Shown one piece after another: positions 53,815 through 63,200 of a stretch of 64,000 nucleotides of DNA (position 1 is the stretch's first letter; every line of letters starts with the position of its first letter). Under the pieces are notes generated by a model that saw only the letters and a program-made list of their open reading frames with translations, was not told the origin of the DNA and made no database searches. The position numbers were made by a program, and so were the translations under genes. Source of the stretch: a virus (lineage: Duplodnaviria > Caudoviricetes); IMG/VR virus record IMGVR_UViG_2974630879_000001, positions 12,336-76,335 of that record, one strand, 5' to 3'.

Positions 53815-53835
53815 CAGTAGACAGCAACGTCTATC

Positions 53836-54420
53836 TCAACTGCGCCTCAGATTCCACTGAAGCCTATTGACTGAGTTCAGTCCAACAGACAACAGGTCAC
53901 CTGGGAGATTTGACGCCAGGACGTATTCTACGCCATAGCGTTCACGCTGCACCCTAACCACAAGATCTGTACCTTTCTTGTAGGAAAGAAGGATATCAGC
54001 TCTACCAGAGAAAGGGGAACGCTTTTCGTCCAAGCAGAGTCGTGGGTTAGTAGCACCTGGGATTTCCATGGTACGCATACCATTTTCCAGAGTGCTGTAG
54101 TAGTAGAACTTACACACATTGCCAACCATATAGGCAATGTGTGCTTGCATTGATTGGTCGAACGCCAGAGCAATCTGTGTAATCCCAGGCTCCGTCAAAA
54201 TAATGACAGGAGGCACATTGTCTCGAAAGACTACAACACTTCCGTCAATGTACTGGGCTGTCCACAAAGCTTCTGTCAGATTCGAGGTGGCTTGCCCTAG
54301 AGCAAGACCACCACGTTCGTAGTCAATCAACGGTTGTCCTGAGCGGTTCTGTTGCTCAACGTAAGAACCCTTCAGAACCTTCGCTGAGGCTACAGGAATC
54401 ATGGGGTGTATCGCCCCCAT
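53836..54420 (-). CDS. tail module protein, 194 aa
   Basis: Beta-rich; overlapping, coupled with the other tail genes. Confidence 0.65.
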   Translation of the reverse strand: MGAIHPMIPVASAKVLKGSYVEQQNRSGQPLIDYERGGLALGQATSNLTEALWTAQYIDGSVVVFRDNVPPVIILTEPGITQIALAFDQSMQAHIAYMVGNVCKFYYYSTLENGMRTMEIPGATNPRLCLDEKRSPFSGRADILLSYKKGTDLVVRVQRERYGVEYVLASNLPGDLLSVGLNSVNRLQWNLRRS

Positions 54421-55382
54421 GACATACGTAGAGTCAGATTCACAATCTCGTCAGCGGTCTTAGGAACGCCAGGAGTGATGCCAAGCTGATACTGCACTGC
54501 TGCACTCAAGGAACGGAAGCCAGTGATAGTTGCATCAATAGCGTCATTGATGCCTAGACGAACTACAACATCACGATACTTACTGTTCGGAGTATAGGCT
54601 TGAGTCACCAGTTGGTAAGAGGTGTACATGGACTCAGCGCCTGAGGGCTTGCCTGTAGAAGGACCAACACCTTGACCATTGAGATACCAGTACCCACCCC
54701 ACGGATATGAACTCCACAGAATCGTTGCGCTGGCTTCTCCTGCTTCAGACGTACCCAGCATTGAAGGACGAATCGTAAAAGTTTGTTCGACGCCCTTAAT
54801 CGTCTGAGTCTTTACAACATCCGTAGTGCGAGCATAGCAACGGATCTCATACGTCAGAACTAGAATATCACCAGTTAGCAATGTAACAGTTGTGGGATTG
54901 CCTTGAGCATCTTTAATCAAAGCATGCGTGATCAACTTACGAGTCTGGATTTGATTATTGAACAAACCAAGCTCGGCAAGGTTTACTTCAGCAGCTGCGG
55001 GTGAAAATTGGAACTCACTGCGATACCAAGCATAGAAAGGCGCCACAGTTGTAAAGCCACGTGCAGTCGAATTCGTTGTAGCAGTTTCCGCATTGAATGC
55101 ACCAAACGTCACATCAGTAACCGCAGGCGGTACAGCGGAAGTACCGACACCAACTGCACGAAGCCAGCTAGAGAGGTACTGAAGATCAATACCTTCATTC
55201 GGAATTCCACCGATAGCTTCCAATGCATAATCAGTGATGAGGTTGTCTTGCCAGTCGGTAAGATCTTCCCGCTTCCCGGTAGCAGCACGAATCACTTCCA
55301 TTTTGTAATGACCAGAGTACTCCTGATGAATCTCAAGTACTCCAGCGCTATTGTCTTGCATGTTCATTACCCATAGCTCCAA
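54399..55382 (-). CDS. tail fibre/tip-associated protein, 327 aa
   Basis: DWQDNLITD, VGVGTSAVPP, NLAELG and RALI-like HALIKDAQGNPTTVT segments seen in tail-fibre proteins. Confidence 0.65.
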   Translation of the reverse strand: MELWVMNMQDNSAGVLEIHQEYSGHYKMEVIRAATGKREDLTDWQDNLITDYALEAIGGIPNEGIDLQYLSSWLRAVGVGTSAVPPAVTDVTFGAFNAETATTNSTARGFTTVAPFYAWYRSEFQFSPAAAEVNLAELGLFNNQIQTRKLITHALIKDAQGNPTTVTLLTGDILVLTYEIRCYARTTDVVKTQTIKGVEQTFTIRPSMLGTSEAGEASATILWSSYPWGGYWYLNGQGVGPSTGKPSGAESMYTSYQLVTQAYTPNSKYRDVVVRLGINDAIDATITGFRSLSAAVQYQLGITPGVPKTADEIVNLTLRMSWGRYTP

Positions 55383-56566
55383 GTGACTGACGGGATAGTG
55401 GTGATCGAATCTGTAGTGAGATTGATGCGAGGTGTTTTCTTGATTTCGAAGCTAGCCATCGCTGGTGTATTCGTGATAGATGCAGAATCTGATGTAGATT
55501 TCTTAACAGTCCTAATATCAAAGTTGGCTACAGAAGGATCATGAGTTATTTCTTCATATCCTGCATCAAGCTTCTTCCTGACATTATTGATCTCAAACAT
55601 CAATGAAGGATTCTGCTGAAATGCTTCAGTGTTTTTGAAGTTACCTGGTTGAGAACGAAGATTTGCAACAGCAGGGATATTTTGAAAATCTTCCCATTGG
55701 TAGAACGGATACAACTGGCTGGTGACTGAAACGCCATCTTCAGAAATCATACCTTGCCAGATGGCAGTACGACCAGTGGAGTCAGTTACTTCCAAGATCA
55801 GATCCAGATCACCTTCCGGTGGCAGCTCATTGATCTCGGGATACACCAGATGATCCCAGACAAAATTATCCAACCAGACATTCTTATTCTCACGTACACG
55901 AGAACCAACTGCACCGATTGCAACTTCGACAGCGCCTTCAGGTGGAACAGCTGTAACCCGTGAGGGATACACCTTATTCTTACTGGCAGACATAACAGCA
56001 TTGCCTTGGCTCAGGCTCAGCTCATTACCGTCAGCGTCATACCACTGAAGAATGACAGCAGCACCAGCGTTACCTGCTGCACTGGCACCCTGCCTGACAT
56101 CACAGCTTGCATTGATCGCTTTGCCTTGCTTCACTCGAAAGCGACTCGTCGAGATGATCTTCGACGTACCACGCTCAGTAGAGAAGCGACCACTATACGA
56201 ACCCGTCAGTGCATTCTCAGTAGAACGATCCCACCCAAGCCCATACTGCCAAAACTTGGAACTCTCTTCGAATCCTGCGTTACGAATAACAGCAGGAGGA
56301 GTCTCGTACTCGCCAGCAGTACGAACTCGTTTCCAAGTAACAACAACCTCTTGAGTCTCCTCATCGACAATGAAGCGAGTGGTGCTAGGCAATACGCTGC
56401 CACCAATCTGACGTGCCTTCGAAGGACCGATGGCATTGATCAATTGCAGACGCCCTTCGTAATCCTTATTGGACTCGTAGTCAGGCAACTTACCCACCAC
56501 GTAAAGTGGTAGGTAGGTTTTGACTTTCTGGGTACCAACAGGACGTTGATAGATCCAAGTCGTCAT
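55367..56566 (-). CDS. tail protein with carbohydrate-binding-like domain and C-terminal repeats
   Basis: IRNAGFEE...W...WLDNFVW jelly-roll signature; ~24-aa C-terminal repeats. Confidence 0.65.
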   Translation of the reverse strand: MTTWIYQRPVGTQKVKTYLPLYVVGKLPDYESNKDYEGRLQLINAIGPSKARQIGGSVLPSTTRFIVDEETQEVVVTWKRVRTAGEYETPPAVIRNAGFEESSKFWQYGLGWDRSTENALTGSYSGRFSTERGTSKIISTSRFRVKQGKAINASCDVRQGASAAGNAGAAVILQWYDADGNELSLSQGNAVMSASKNKVYPSRVTAVPPEGAVEVAIGAVGSRVRENKNVWLDNFVWDHLVYPEINELPPEGDLDLILEVTDSTGRTAIWQGMISEDGVSVTSQLYPFYQWEDFQNIPAVANLRSQPGNFKNTEAFQQNPSLMFEINNVRKKLDAGYEEITHDPSVANFDIRTVKKSTSDSASITNTPAMASFEIKKTPRINLTTDSITTIPSVTWSYG

Positions 56567-58014
56567 TCAACAAGCCTCTGGCCTAGCAGGTACGCACGTA
56601 GGGCACGTCCAGTGCCATTACCTACCTGAGTCACACTGAGAGAGATGACATCTCCCTTGTTCAATACATCGCCTCCTGCGGCGTATGACACGGGAGTAGT
56701 TGCAGTAGTCGAAGTCGTCTCGTTGTTATCAATGGTGAGCTTGTTGGTCAAGATCGACACACCATTGCGCAGAATATCCATCGTCAAAATTGTGCCATCA
56801 GTCTGGGGATCAGACAGCGAACCAGTCAGGCCAGCATTGACCACAGCGTCAAGTTTCATGCTGTAGGGCAAGGTATAGCTATCCTTCTTGGTTCCGACTG
56901 TGATGCCGGCAGTGCTGGCCACAGAACGATCGATCAGCTCAATCTGCATCACATCAGCAGAAGCCACTTCACGATACATGTCACCACTGATGACCCACTG
57001 GTTGCCATCAGCATTGAAGCAAGTGGCAGACATAACGCAGTCTTGCCCACGAGTCGTTGCGATGAATCCCTCGGCTGGGTACAGCTGGCCTTGTCCAGGA
57101 TTTTCCATTGCCAACGTCACAGCACCGGGACCACGCTGCAATACGCTAAAGAACTCACCGTTCTTCCAATCCTTCGTATCGTCACCCGTCTTGTTACGAA
57201 TACGCACAGTGATCGGACCGAACGAATTGATTACCAAAATGGTGTTCTGCTTAGTCCGATCAATAATTGTGTTGTTCTCGGTAACCGTCGTATCGATACC
57301 CGGTGCTACGGTCTCAATTGGCTTTGGGGTTTCGTACACCTTGGCGTAACCACGCAGAATGGTGTAACCAGCTGCATTGTCTTCGACTGGAACCAAGAAG
57401 CGAATCATAGGAGACGCACCATCGATAGGAGGATCGATAGTGAAGTCAACAGGATTCACACCTACGTAGTCTTTTTGCCCAGGCGTATTCTCAATGTACG
57501 TGTCATACAGCAACTTGTCGTACGCATCGGCACCATCGATAGGAAAGCCAGTGGTCTCACCATCGCCAAGGAATGCCCAATAACGAGGCAGCACACTACC
57601 ACCGCCAGGATTACCACCTTCACCACCGCCAGGGTCAGTACCTTCGACATAACCGTAACCCATCAACGAAGTGTACTCAGTACCTTGAGCACCATTCGTA
57701 TTGACGTATAGACCACCGACTGAAATGCCTTCATTCCTAGGACGGAAGACAAGATCAATCAAGAAGTGTTGGCCTGGGTTGAGATATGCGGGTGCATCAC
57801 TGGTTGCAGTGAAGGAACCGGAGGCAACGATCTCACCGATTCGAACAGGGTTCGTACCAACGTTGGTGACAACAATGGTACGAGGCACTGACGAACGAGT
57901 AAGGATCACATTGCCAAACACCATCTTGGCAGGAGCAACGGACACCTGAAATGGATAAGGAAATCCCAATTCCGAGCAGATGATCCGGCTTGAGTGATCA
58001 GGCAACTGGGACAT
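56563..58014 (-). CDS. tail/appendage protein with N-terminal Ig-like (ASH-type) domain
   Basis: FGNV...RTIVVTNVGTNPVRI...LNPGQHFLIDLVFRP Ig-like pattern followed by a Gly linker. Confidence 0.65.
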   Translation of the reverse strand: MSQLPDHSSRIICSELGFPYPFQVSVAPAKMVFGNVILTRSSVPRTIVVTNVGTNPVRIGEIVASGSFTATSDAPAYLNPGQHFLIDLVFRPRNEGISVGGLYVNTNGAQGTEYTSLMGYGYVEGTDPGGGEGGNPGGGSVLPRYWAFLGDGETTGFPIDGADAYDKLLYDTYIENTPGQKDYVGVNPVDFTIDPPIDGASPMIRFLVPVEDNAAGYTILRGYAKVYETPKPIETVAPGIDTTVTENNTIIDRTKQNTILVINSFGPITVRIRNKTGDDTKDWKNGEFFSVLQRGPGAVTLAMENPGQGQLYPAEGFIATTRGQDCVMSATCFNADGNQWVISGDMYREVASADVMQIELIDRSVASTAGITVGTKKDSYTLPYSMKLDAVVNAGLTGSLSDPQTDGTILTMDILRNGVSILTNKLTIDNNETTSTTATTPVSYAAGGDVLNKGDVISLSVTQVGNGTGRALRAYLLGQRLVE

Positions 58015-58408
58015 TGATGACCTCGACAGCAGTCAGGAACCACAGGATATCTGCCGTTTGCAGCGAGACCGGTGCATTGTTGTTCAAAACAATACGAGCA
58101 CCTTGAGCCATGTAGGTCACAGTGAAGTAACCAGACTCGCTATTGCAGCGATTACCAGTGACAGGATCTTTCAACCAGATCGTTGATTCAACGATACCGT
58201 CAAGCTGAACCAAGGGGGGGAATAGCAACTGGGTAGCCGTGCCAGACATCTTCCCAACGAGAGGGATACGACGCCACGAATCAGCTGCGACTTTCTCAAT
58301 GAAGCCCATTCGAGATGCAACAAAGCGAACGACTTCATACGCCTTTGGTCCGAGCAGACGATCCACCAACGGATTCAATCCACCATATGGATCAAGATGA
58401 TTACGCAT
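57998..58408 (-). CDS. structural/hypothetical protein, 136 aa
   Basis: NPLVDRLLG...EVVRFVA pattern; coupled overlaps on both sides. Confidence 0.65.
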   Translation of the reverse strand: MRNHLDPYGGLNPLVDRLLGPKAYEVVRFVASRMGFIEKVAADSWRRIPLVGKMSGTATQLLFPPLVQLDGIVESTIWLKDPVTGNRCNSESGYFTVTYMAQGARIVLNNNAPVSLQTADILWFLTAVEVINVPVA

Positions 58409-59115
58409 TAGACAAAGCCTCCCTTCTGAAAGCGGGTGTTGGTGGTTGAAGTTGAAATGCTGACAGCATCAGACATCAATGCCTCATCGCACAGCTGGGT
58501 GAACATTGCCAAATGTTCTTGAGCTTTTGCTGAGGATTCAGCAGTAGCCATGTTGGTGTACTTCTTGTAGGCGATGTAGGAAACCAACGCTTCAATTAGT
58601 ACATCAGGAAGCATGATCTCTTGTTCCAGATCATCAACCAGCTTGGGATGCTTTGCTTGGTAAGTGATTGAGAGAATCTGCCCAGGAATCGGACGTGGAA
58701 CTTGAAGCACATTGCCTTGGGGCGTAAACAGAGAATTCGGATTTCCATCATCGTTCAATGGATACGAATAACCGAAGCTGTTGTATACCTGCAAGATCCG
58801 AATGACATCATCAGTGAAGCGCTCATCAGGTAGATCCAGAATGTAACGCCAACGCTCGGTACTGCTGTTGTCATGCGGAGAGAACTTACTGCGAAGATGA
58901 TAGTTGGTCGTCAACTCATTCATCTCGATCATCACATCTTTCTCGATCAAATTGAATCGAGTGTAGATGCGAAGCAATGCATCATTGGCATGGCTCAGTA
59001 CTTGAGCCTGACTTTGCTCATCGATATAGCCCGCACCACTGACTCCTGAGAAGAGTGCCGAGTACGGACCATACGATAGCTTCTCGAATAGATCTTCGAC
59101 GTTCATCGAGGTCAC
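58408..59115 (-). CDS. head-tail adaptor-like virion protein (N4 gp67 position)
   Basis: Adjacent to terminase; EALVSYIAYKKY and TNTRFQKGGFV C-terminus. Confidence 0.75.
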   Translation of the reverse strand: MTSMNVEDLFEKLSYGPYSALFSGVSGAGYIDEQSQAQVLSHANDALLRIYTRFNLIEKDVMIEMNELTTNYHLRSKFSPHDNSSTERWRYILDLPDERFTDDVIRILQVYNSFGYSYPLNDDGNPNSLFTPQGNVLQVPRPIPGQILSITYQAKHPKLVDDLEQEIMLPDVLIEALVSYIAYKKYTNMATAESSAKAQEHLAMFTQLCDEALMSDAVSISTSTTNTRFQKGGFV

Positions 59116-60710
59116 ACGATATAGGAGTTAATGGCAAGTACCTGATCAGATACTTGGTCGTGTTCCCACCGATCCACTTCATCAGGGGTTGCCGGTGCGG
59201 TTTCAGAGGGGAGCCAAGGCTTCAAGTATCCAAGCTGACTGATCGTGTCAAGACAGTCGTCCTTGCCCTTGATGCCAGACTGAGTGACCAGTCGAATCTG
59301 CCCCATGAACATGCCCATGATAACACTCCCCTTCATCTCTTCAGGGAAATACATCTTGCCTGCCTTGAACCACGGCACCACGAGATTGAAGCGGACCAGC
59401 TTGTCAGTGCTTGGGCGGATACCTGGATCACCTGACTTGCTGTTACTAGCGAAGTTGAACCAGATCTTGCGAACCAGCATCTCGCGCTGAAGCCAAGTGA
59501 TGAATGCATTCTGTTGACCGCTGACTTCGACACCAACTTGCTGCGGGCTGTACTTCTGTACGAAGTAGAACAACTTATCGATAGACTCATCCATCGTTGT
59601 TCGTTTCGCAAAGCCATCTACCCAGAACCAGTCACCATTGGAATTGATCGCCCAAACCGAGATGACACTGTAGTCAGCCGTTGTTTTCTTGCTCGTTGCA
59701 AAGTCAGTCGTGATGTAGAAGTTGAAACTTCCCATCCCTTCCATCAACTTAGCACGAGAGTACCAACGGATCTCAGCATCCTGCACCAAGCGTTCTTCTT
59801 CAGAGGTAACGCGAAGCATCAGCTCTTGCATGAAGCCTGCGACCTTGCCTGTACCGATGGCTAGATCGTATTGACCTTGAATGAAGTCAAAGGTAAAGCG
59901 GTCATCCCATGCACCACGAAATTCTTCGCGCGTACATGGAAAGCGTTCGCAAACTGGGTAGACATTGACATCCCACTCTCCAGACTCGACTGCTTCAACA
60001 ATCACATCTTCTTTGTTAAAGGGAGTACCGTTGAATACGATCTTGCGTCGTGTCGGATCAAGTGCATGGTTCACACCGTTATACACAGTGTTCTTGATTG
60101 CATCCATTGCAGCTTTGGAGTTGGCATCACCATCACCAATCAAGTCGTCAAGGATGCATAGCGTAGGACGCTTACCAAAGATCTTGGAACCACGGATGCC
60201 AGTCTGTGCACCAAACATTTTGATGCCAAGCTTGCCTCCATCAACAGATTCAAACTCCAAGTAGGGGTCAGTGAAGGTAGCCTTCTTGATCCAACGCTGA
60301 AGGAAAGGACTGTTGTTATATCGGAACTCAATGTTCTTACGTGCGTTCTTGACGCCATTCTCCATAGAGTCCGACACATAGATCATTGCTTCGACTTTGC
60401 CATGTCCTGGCAGGTAGCCGAATACTGCGAGGTACAGTGTCATGTATTCCATGAACACTGTGGTCTTAGCCGCACCACGAAACAGCAGATTGACTAGATA
60501 GTCACTCGTGCTTTGAGCAAGCTTATCAAGCATTGCCAAGTGAACGGGGGGAGTCTTGTTCGACTCACCCTGCTCGCCATTAACTAGCTTGATGAAGTTC
60601 ATGAACTCCATTGCAAAGGTGGTTGGAATGTAGTCCGTACTATTCAAGAACGAATAGTCAACATCATCCAACCACTCTTCCAATGACTGTTTAATCTTGG
60701 CCATGTTCAA
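59112..60710 (-). CDS. terL: terminase large subunit
   Basis: LFRGAAKTT Walker A-like motif, LCILDDL, VFNGTP, nuclease TTDFATS and KDDCLDT. Confidence 0.93.
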   Translation of the reverse strand: MNMAKIKQSLEEWLDDVDYSFLNSTDYIPTTFAMEFMNFIKLVNGEQGESNKTPPVHLAMLDKLAQSTSDYLVNLLFRGAAKTTVFMEYMTLYLAVFGYLPGHGKVEAMIYVSDSMENGVKNARKNIEFRYNNSPFLQRWIKKATFTDPYLEFESVDGGKLGIKMFGAQTGIRGSKIFGKRPTLCILDDLIGDGDANSKAAMDAIKNTVYNGVNHALDPTRRKIVFNGTPFNKEDVIVEAVESGEWDVNVYPVCERFPCTREEFRGAWDDRFTFDFIQGQYDLAIGTGKVAGFMQELMLRVTSEEERLVQDAEIRWYSRAKLMEGMGSFNFYITTDFATSKKTTADYSVISVWAINSNGDWFWVDGFAKRTTMDESIDKLFYFVQKYSPQQVGVEVSGQQNAFITWLQREMLVRKIWFNFASNSKSGDPGIRPSTDKLVRFNLVVPWFKAGKMYFPEEMKGSVIMGMFMGQIRLVTQSGIKGKDDCLDTISQLGYLKPWLPSETAPATPDEVDRWEHDQVSDQVLAINSYIV

Positions 60711-61380
60711 TCACTCGACCAAGCTTCTGCTCAGCGATCTGACGGATAGGTACACCTTGCGAAACTTGAGAGATCTGTGCTTCAGCCAGTTCTCGCAGTG
60801 CACCCTTCAAAGATTCCATACCTGTATCCGTGACATTGATGTTCACCAATGGTGCCATGTCCTTCGGCTTCTCGGTATGAGCAAGCACCGAGTTTGCAGC
60901 CGTGGTTCGTACCATCTCACTCTGAGCGTTCTGCATCAAATCAACCTGCACGTTCAATGCTCTCTGCCGTGCTTCCTGATTGATGAGCCAGAAGGGAATC
61001 ATCGCTTGCTCAAGAATTGCTTGAACCAGCTTGCCCTTGTGGTACATCGCTACATAAGCAGAGATTGTCTTAGCATCCAGTCCGCGTGCGAGCTGATCCG
61101 CGTTACGTTGCGGGAACGTACGCGCGTAAGACTCACCATTACTCAGGCCCATCATCTTGTAGGTGCAGTAAGCAATAGCGTTGAGATAGTCCTCAGTCTT
61201 GAACTTACCTTCTTGCAGCACCTTCGTATAGGTGATGAAGTTATCGCGCACAACAGCAGCGATCTCAGGATCAGTCACGATCCCGTTGATCTTGTCGGTG
61301 AACTCTTGGGTCGCCAGACTCCGCATGCCAGCGGGTAATGCTTGACTCACCTGTGTAACAGTCAGTAGATCGTTGCTCAT
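60691..61380 (-). CDS. putative terminase small subunit (N4 gp69 position)
   Basis: Immediately upstream of and overlapping terL; helical, SEMVRTTAANSVLAH. Confidence 0.72.
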   Translation of the reverse strand: MSNDLLTVTQVSQALPAGMRSLATQEFTDKINGIVTDPEIAAVVRDNFITYTKVLQEGKFKTEDYLNAIAYCTYKMMGLSNGESYARTFPQRNADQLARGLDAKTISAYVAMYHKGKLVQAILEQAMIPFWLINQEARQRALNVQVDLMQNAQSEMVRTTAANSVLAHTEKPKDMAPLVNINVTDTGMESLKGALRELAEAQISQVSQGVPIRQIAEQKLGRVIEHGQD

Positions 61381-61381
61381 C

Positions 61382-61621
61382 TTATTCCCGGTTTGCTTCT
61401 ATTACAGAGATCTTGCCAGCTTCGAGAATGCCAAGTGCATGAATGCCATTGAAGTCTTCGCCATAGCCACGATACAGATGACTGCCATCTCGTAGCTCAA
61501 CAACAACGACAACATGCTTAGCATCGTAATGCCCAGACTCTATAGCATCTGCCAGATTTCGTAGTGCCCCAGGTGCATCAGTACCAAAGGGCTTCTTCTT
61601 GATGGGTATCACCTTATCCAT
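61382..61621 (-). CDS. hypothetical protein, 79 aa
   Basis: GGAG RBS; tight spacing with neighbours. Confidence 0.7.
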   Translation of the reverse strand: MDKVIPIKKKPFGTDAPGALRNLADAIESGHYDAKHVVVVVELRDGSHLYRGYGEDFNGIHALGILEAGKISVIEANRE

Positions 61622-61624
61622 GTC

Positions 61625-62086
61625 TTACTCCAGCTCACCAATCAGTTCAAGACGCTTATCCAAGATAGCGAGGTAAGACTTCATGACACTGGCTTGAGCG
61701 TTCAGAAGCATCTGCTGATCAGTATTGAGTTGCTTGAACAAAGGACTTTGAAAGAACAACGATAGGTTGTGGAAACGCCCCGCCAGTCCATTCCTTTCAT
61801 GGGTCAGACGGGTCAGGAAACTACCCTGTTCCAACTTGAGCTTATCGGCCAGGCGCCACCCGAGGAATTGCCAGCAGTTGTTGATGGCTCGCTCCTTCGC
61901 GTACTTCTCGCCCTTGGCTTGGTCGTAGTTCTTAATGCTCACGCAAGCCGAGGAACCCTCAATGGTGAAGTCGTTGTCCATCGTCAGCTGACAGATGGTC
62001 GTCTTGCCGTCAGGCAGTAGCGTGTACGACTCCTTCTTAATAGAGGCGTGGATTTCTTCGATGGTCACTTTCGGGGCGTTGCTCAT
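61625..62086 (-). CDS. phage gp49/Sf6 gp66-family domain fused to a helical crAss001_48-like domain
   Basis: N-half KTTICQLTMDNDFTIEGSSACVS...GEKYAKERAINNCWQFLGW; C-half RL..E...L......L..F..S..F..L...QQ.LL..Q...M..Y..IL..R. Confidence 0.75.
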   Translation of the reverse strand: MSNAPKVTIEEIHASIKKESYTLLPDGKTTICQLTMDNDFTIEGSSACVSIKNYDQAKGEKYAKERAINNCWQFLGWRLADKLKLEQGSFLTRLTHERNGLAGRFHNLSLFFQSPLFKQLNTDQQMLLNAQASVMKSYLAILDKRLELIGELE

Positions 62087-62103
62087 AGTTATCTCTATCC
62101 TAT

Positions 62104-62412
62104 TTAGATTTGTTTAACGAACCAATCAGCAGCAAGAAGATCTCCTGTGCTTGGAACCCAGACTGAGACAACACCAATCGTTGTCTTGATAGCAAAGTAA
62201 CCAGCATAAGGAACCAAAGAGTCCTGACCAAAGACGGTCTTAGCTATCCCGGTCTGTGCCTTGTACTGGTTAGGTGGAACCAAGTAAACGAATTGATCCG
62301 GGCCATTCCAGGTTTGACGACTGAGAGCAAGACCACTCTTCAGCTTCGAGAGTGCCCACTCAAACGTCCCTTCTTTCACTGCCGTCTTATTGATGGCGAT
62401 GTCCTGTTCCAT
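62104..62412 (-). CDS. tad2: DUF2829 / Tad2-family nucleotide-signal sponge
   Basis: FEWALSKLKSG...RQTWNG..QFVYL and WVPSTGDLLAADW match the DUF2829 signature. Confidence 0.85.
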   Translation of the reverse strand: MEQDIAINKTAVKEGTFEWALSKLKSGLALSRQTWNGPDQFVYLVPPNQYKAQTGIAKTVFGQDSLVPYAGYFAIKTTIGVVSVWVPSTGDLLAADWFVKQI

Positions 62413-62422
62413 AGTTTTTCTC

Positions 62423-62611
62423 CTATTTAGTCTGGGGTATTGCAGCCATCTTCAGATCTCGAAGTGCTTCATCGACTCGGACCTTTGCATCAGCAAGAGC
62501 CTCATCTGCATGTTGCTTCTTCTCTTGAAGGTCTTCGACATCAGCAGTTGCCTGTCGAACATTTCGTACAGCCTGAGCGTAGTCGTGTGCTGCTTGCTCA
62601 AGAGACTTCAT
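62423..62611 (-). CDS. small coiled-coil protein, 62 aa
   Basis: GGAGAGAG RBS; heptad pattern. Confidence 0.7.
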   Translation of the reverse strand: MKSLEQAAHDYAQAVRNVRQATADVEDLQEKKQHADEALADAKVRVDEALRDLKMAAIPQTK

Positions 62612-62624
62612 ATCTCTCTCCTAT

Positions 62625-62780
62625 TTACACTTGGGTAAAGAGAGCAATCGAGATCAGGATACTCGCCAATCCAAGGCATCCCCACATGATTGACTTGGCT
62701 GTCAGCTCCATGACCTGATGCTTGGTCAGGGCCATATCAGCCTCGTGCTTTTCCTCGATCATTTCAAATTCGGTCTTCAT
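62625..62780 (-). CDS. 51-aa protein with C-terminal TM helix
   Basis: MKTEFEMIEEKHEADMALTKHQVMELTAKSIMWGCLGLASILISIALFTQV; AAGGGG RBS; absent from the ORF track. Confidence 0.6.
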   Translation of the reverse strand: MKTEFEMIEEKHEADMALTKHQVMELTAKSIMWGCLGLASILISIALFTQV

Positions 62781-62893
62781 CTGTCCTGCCCCTTGCGTTG
62801 GTGTGAGGCTAGACTATAGACTGTCTATAGATAGCTGACAAGACTATCCCCAATACTGAGAAGGATGGGGGTACGGGCATCCTATGATTAGTC

Positions 62894-62910
62894 CTTATGC
62901 TTCGCATAAG
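62894..62910 (+). promoter_or_regulatory. possible second vRNAP-type hairpin
   Basis: CTTATGC-TTC-GCATAAG gives GC-GAA-GC on the template strand, but lacks the template CC at +1/+2. Confidence 0.3.
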
Positions 62911-63200
62911 TGCCTAAAAAATAAGGGCAAAAGGGCTACACAACTGGAACCAAGGAGGCTATAGTCCACCCATGCCAGGGTGTGTCTGCTGTCCTCCTGG
63001 ATGCCGGTGAAGCTGTCGATGGGTTCTTAGTCGCGGACTTTCTCTACCCTACTGGTGTGTGGGGATATAACTACCAGAGCTGTTGTCTTGTTGCGTACCT
63101 CCGACCACAGACCACCGTGGATCTAACGGGAAGCTAGCCGCTCCCTAGTAGCAAGGGCTTCAGTAGCTGCCGATCAGCTAGAGTCGTTATGACAATCGAG

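Noticed and set aside
58214-58220. G7 tract in a tail-region gene as a possible phase-variation or frameshift site
   Set aside because: The gene is in frame, the tract is short, and no alternative-frame extension or stimulatory structure was evident.
14912-62955. Recurring GAACCAAG(G) upstream of several genes (14914, 27120, 62948) as a middle promoter motif
   Set aside because: It overlaps Shine-Dalgarno AAGG and also occurs inside coding regions; too few clean instances to support a call.
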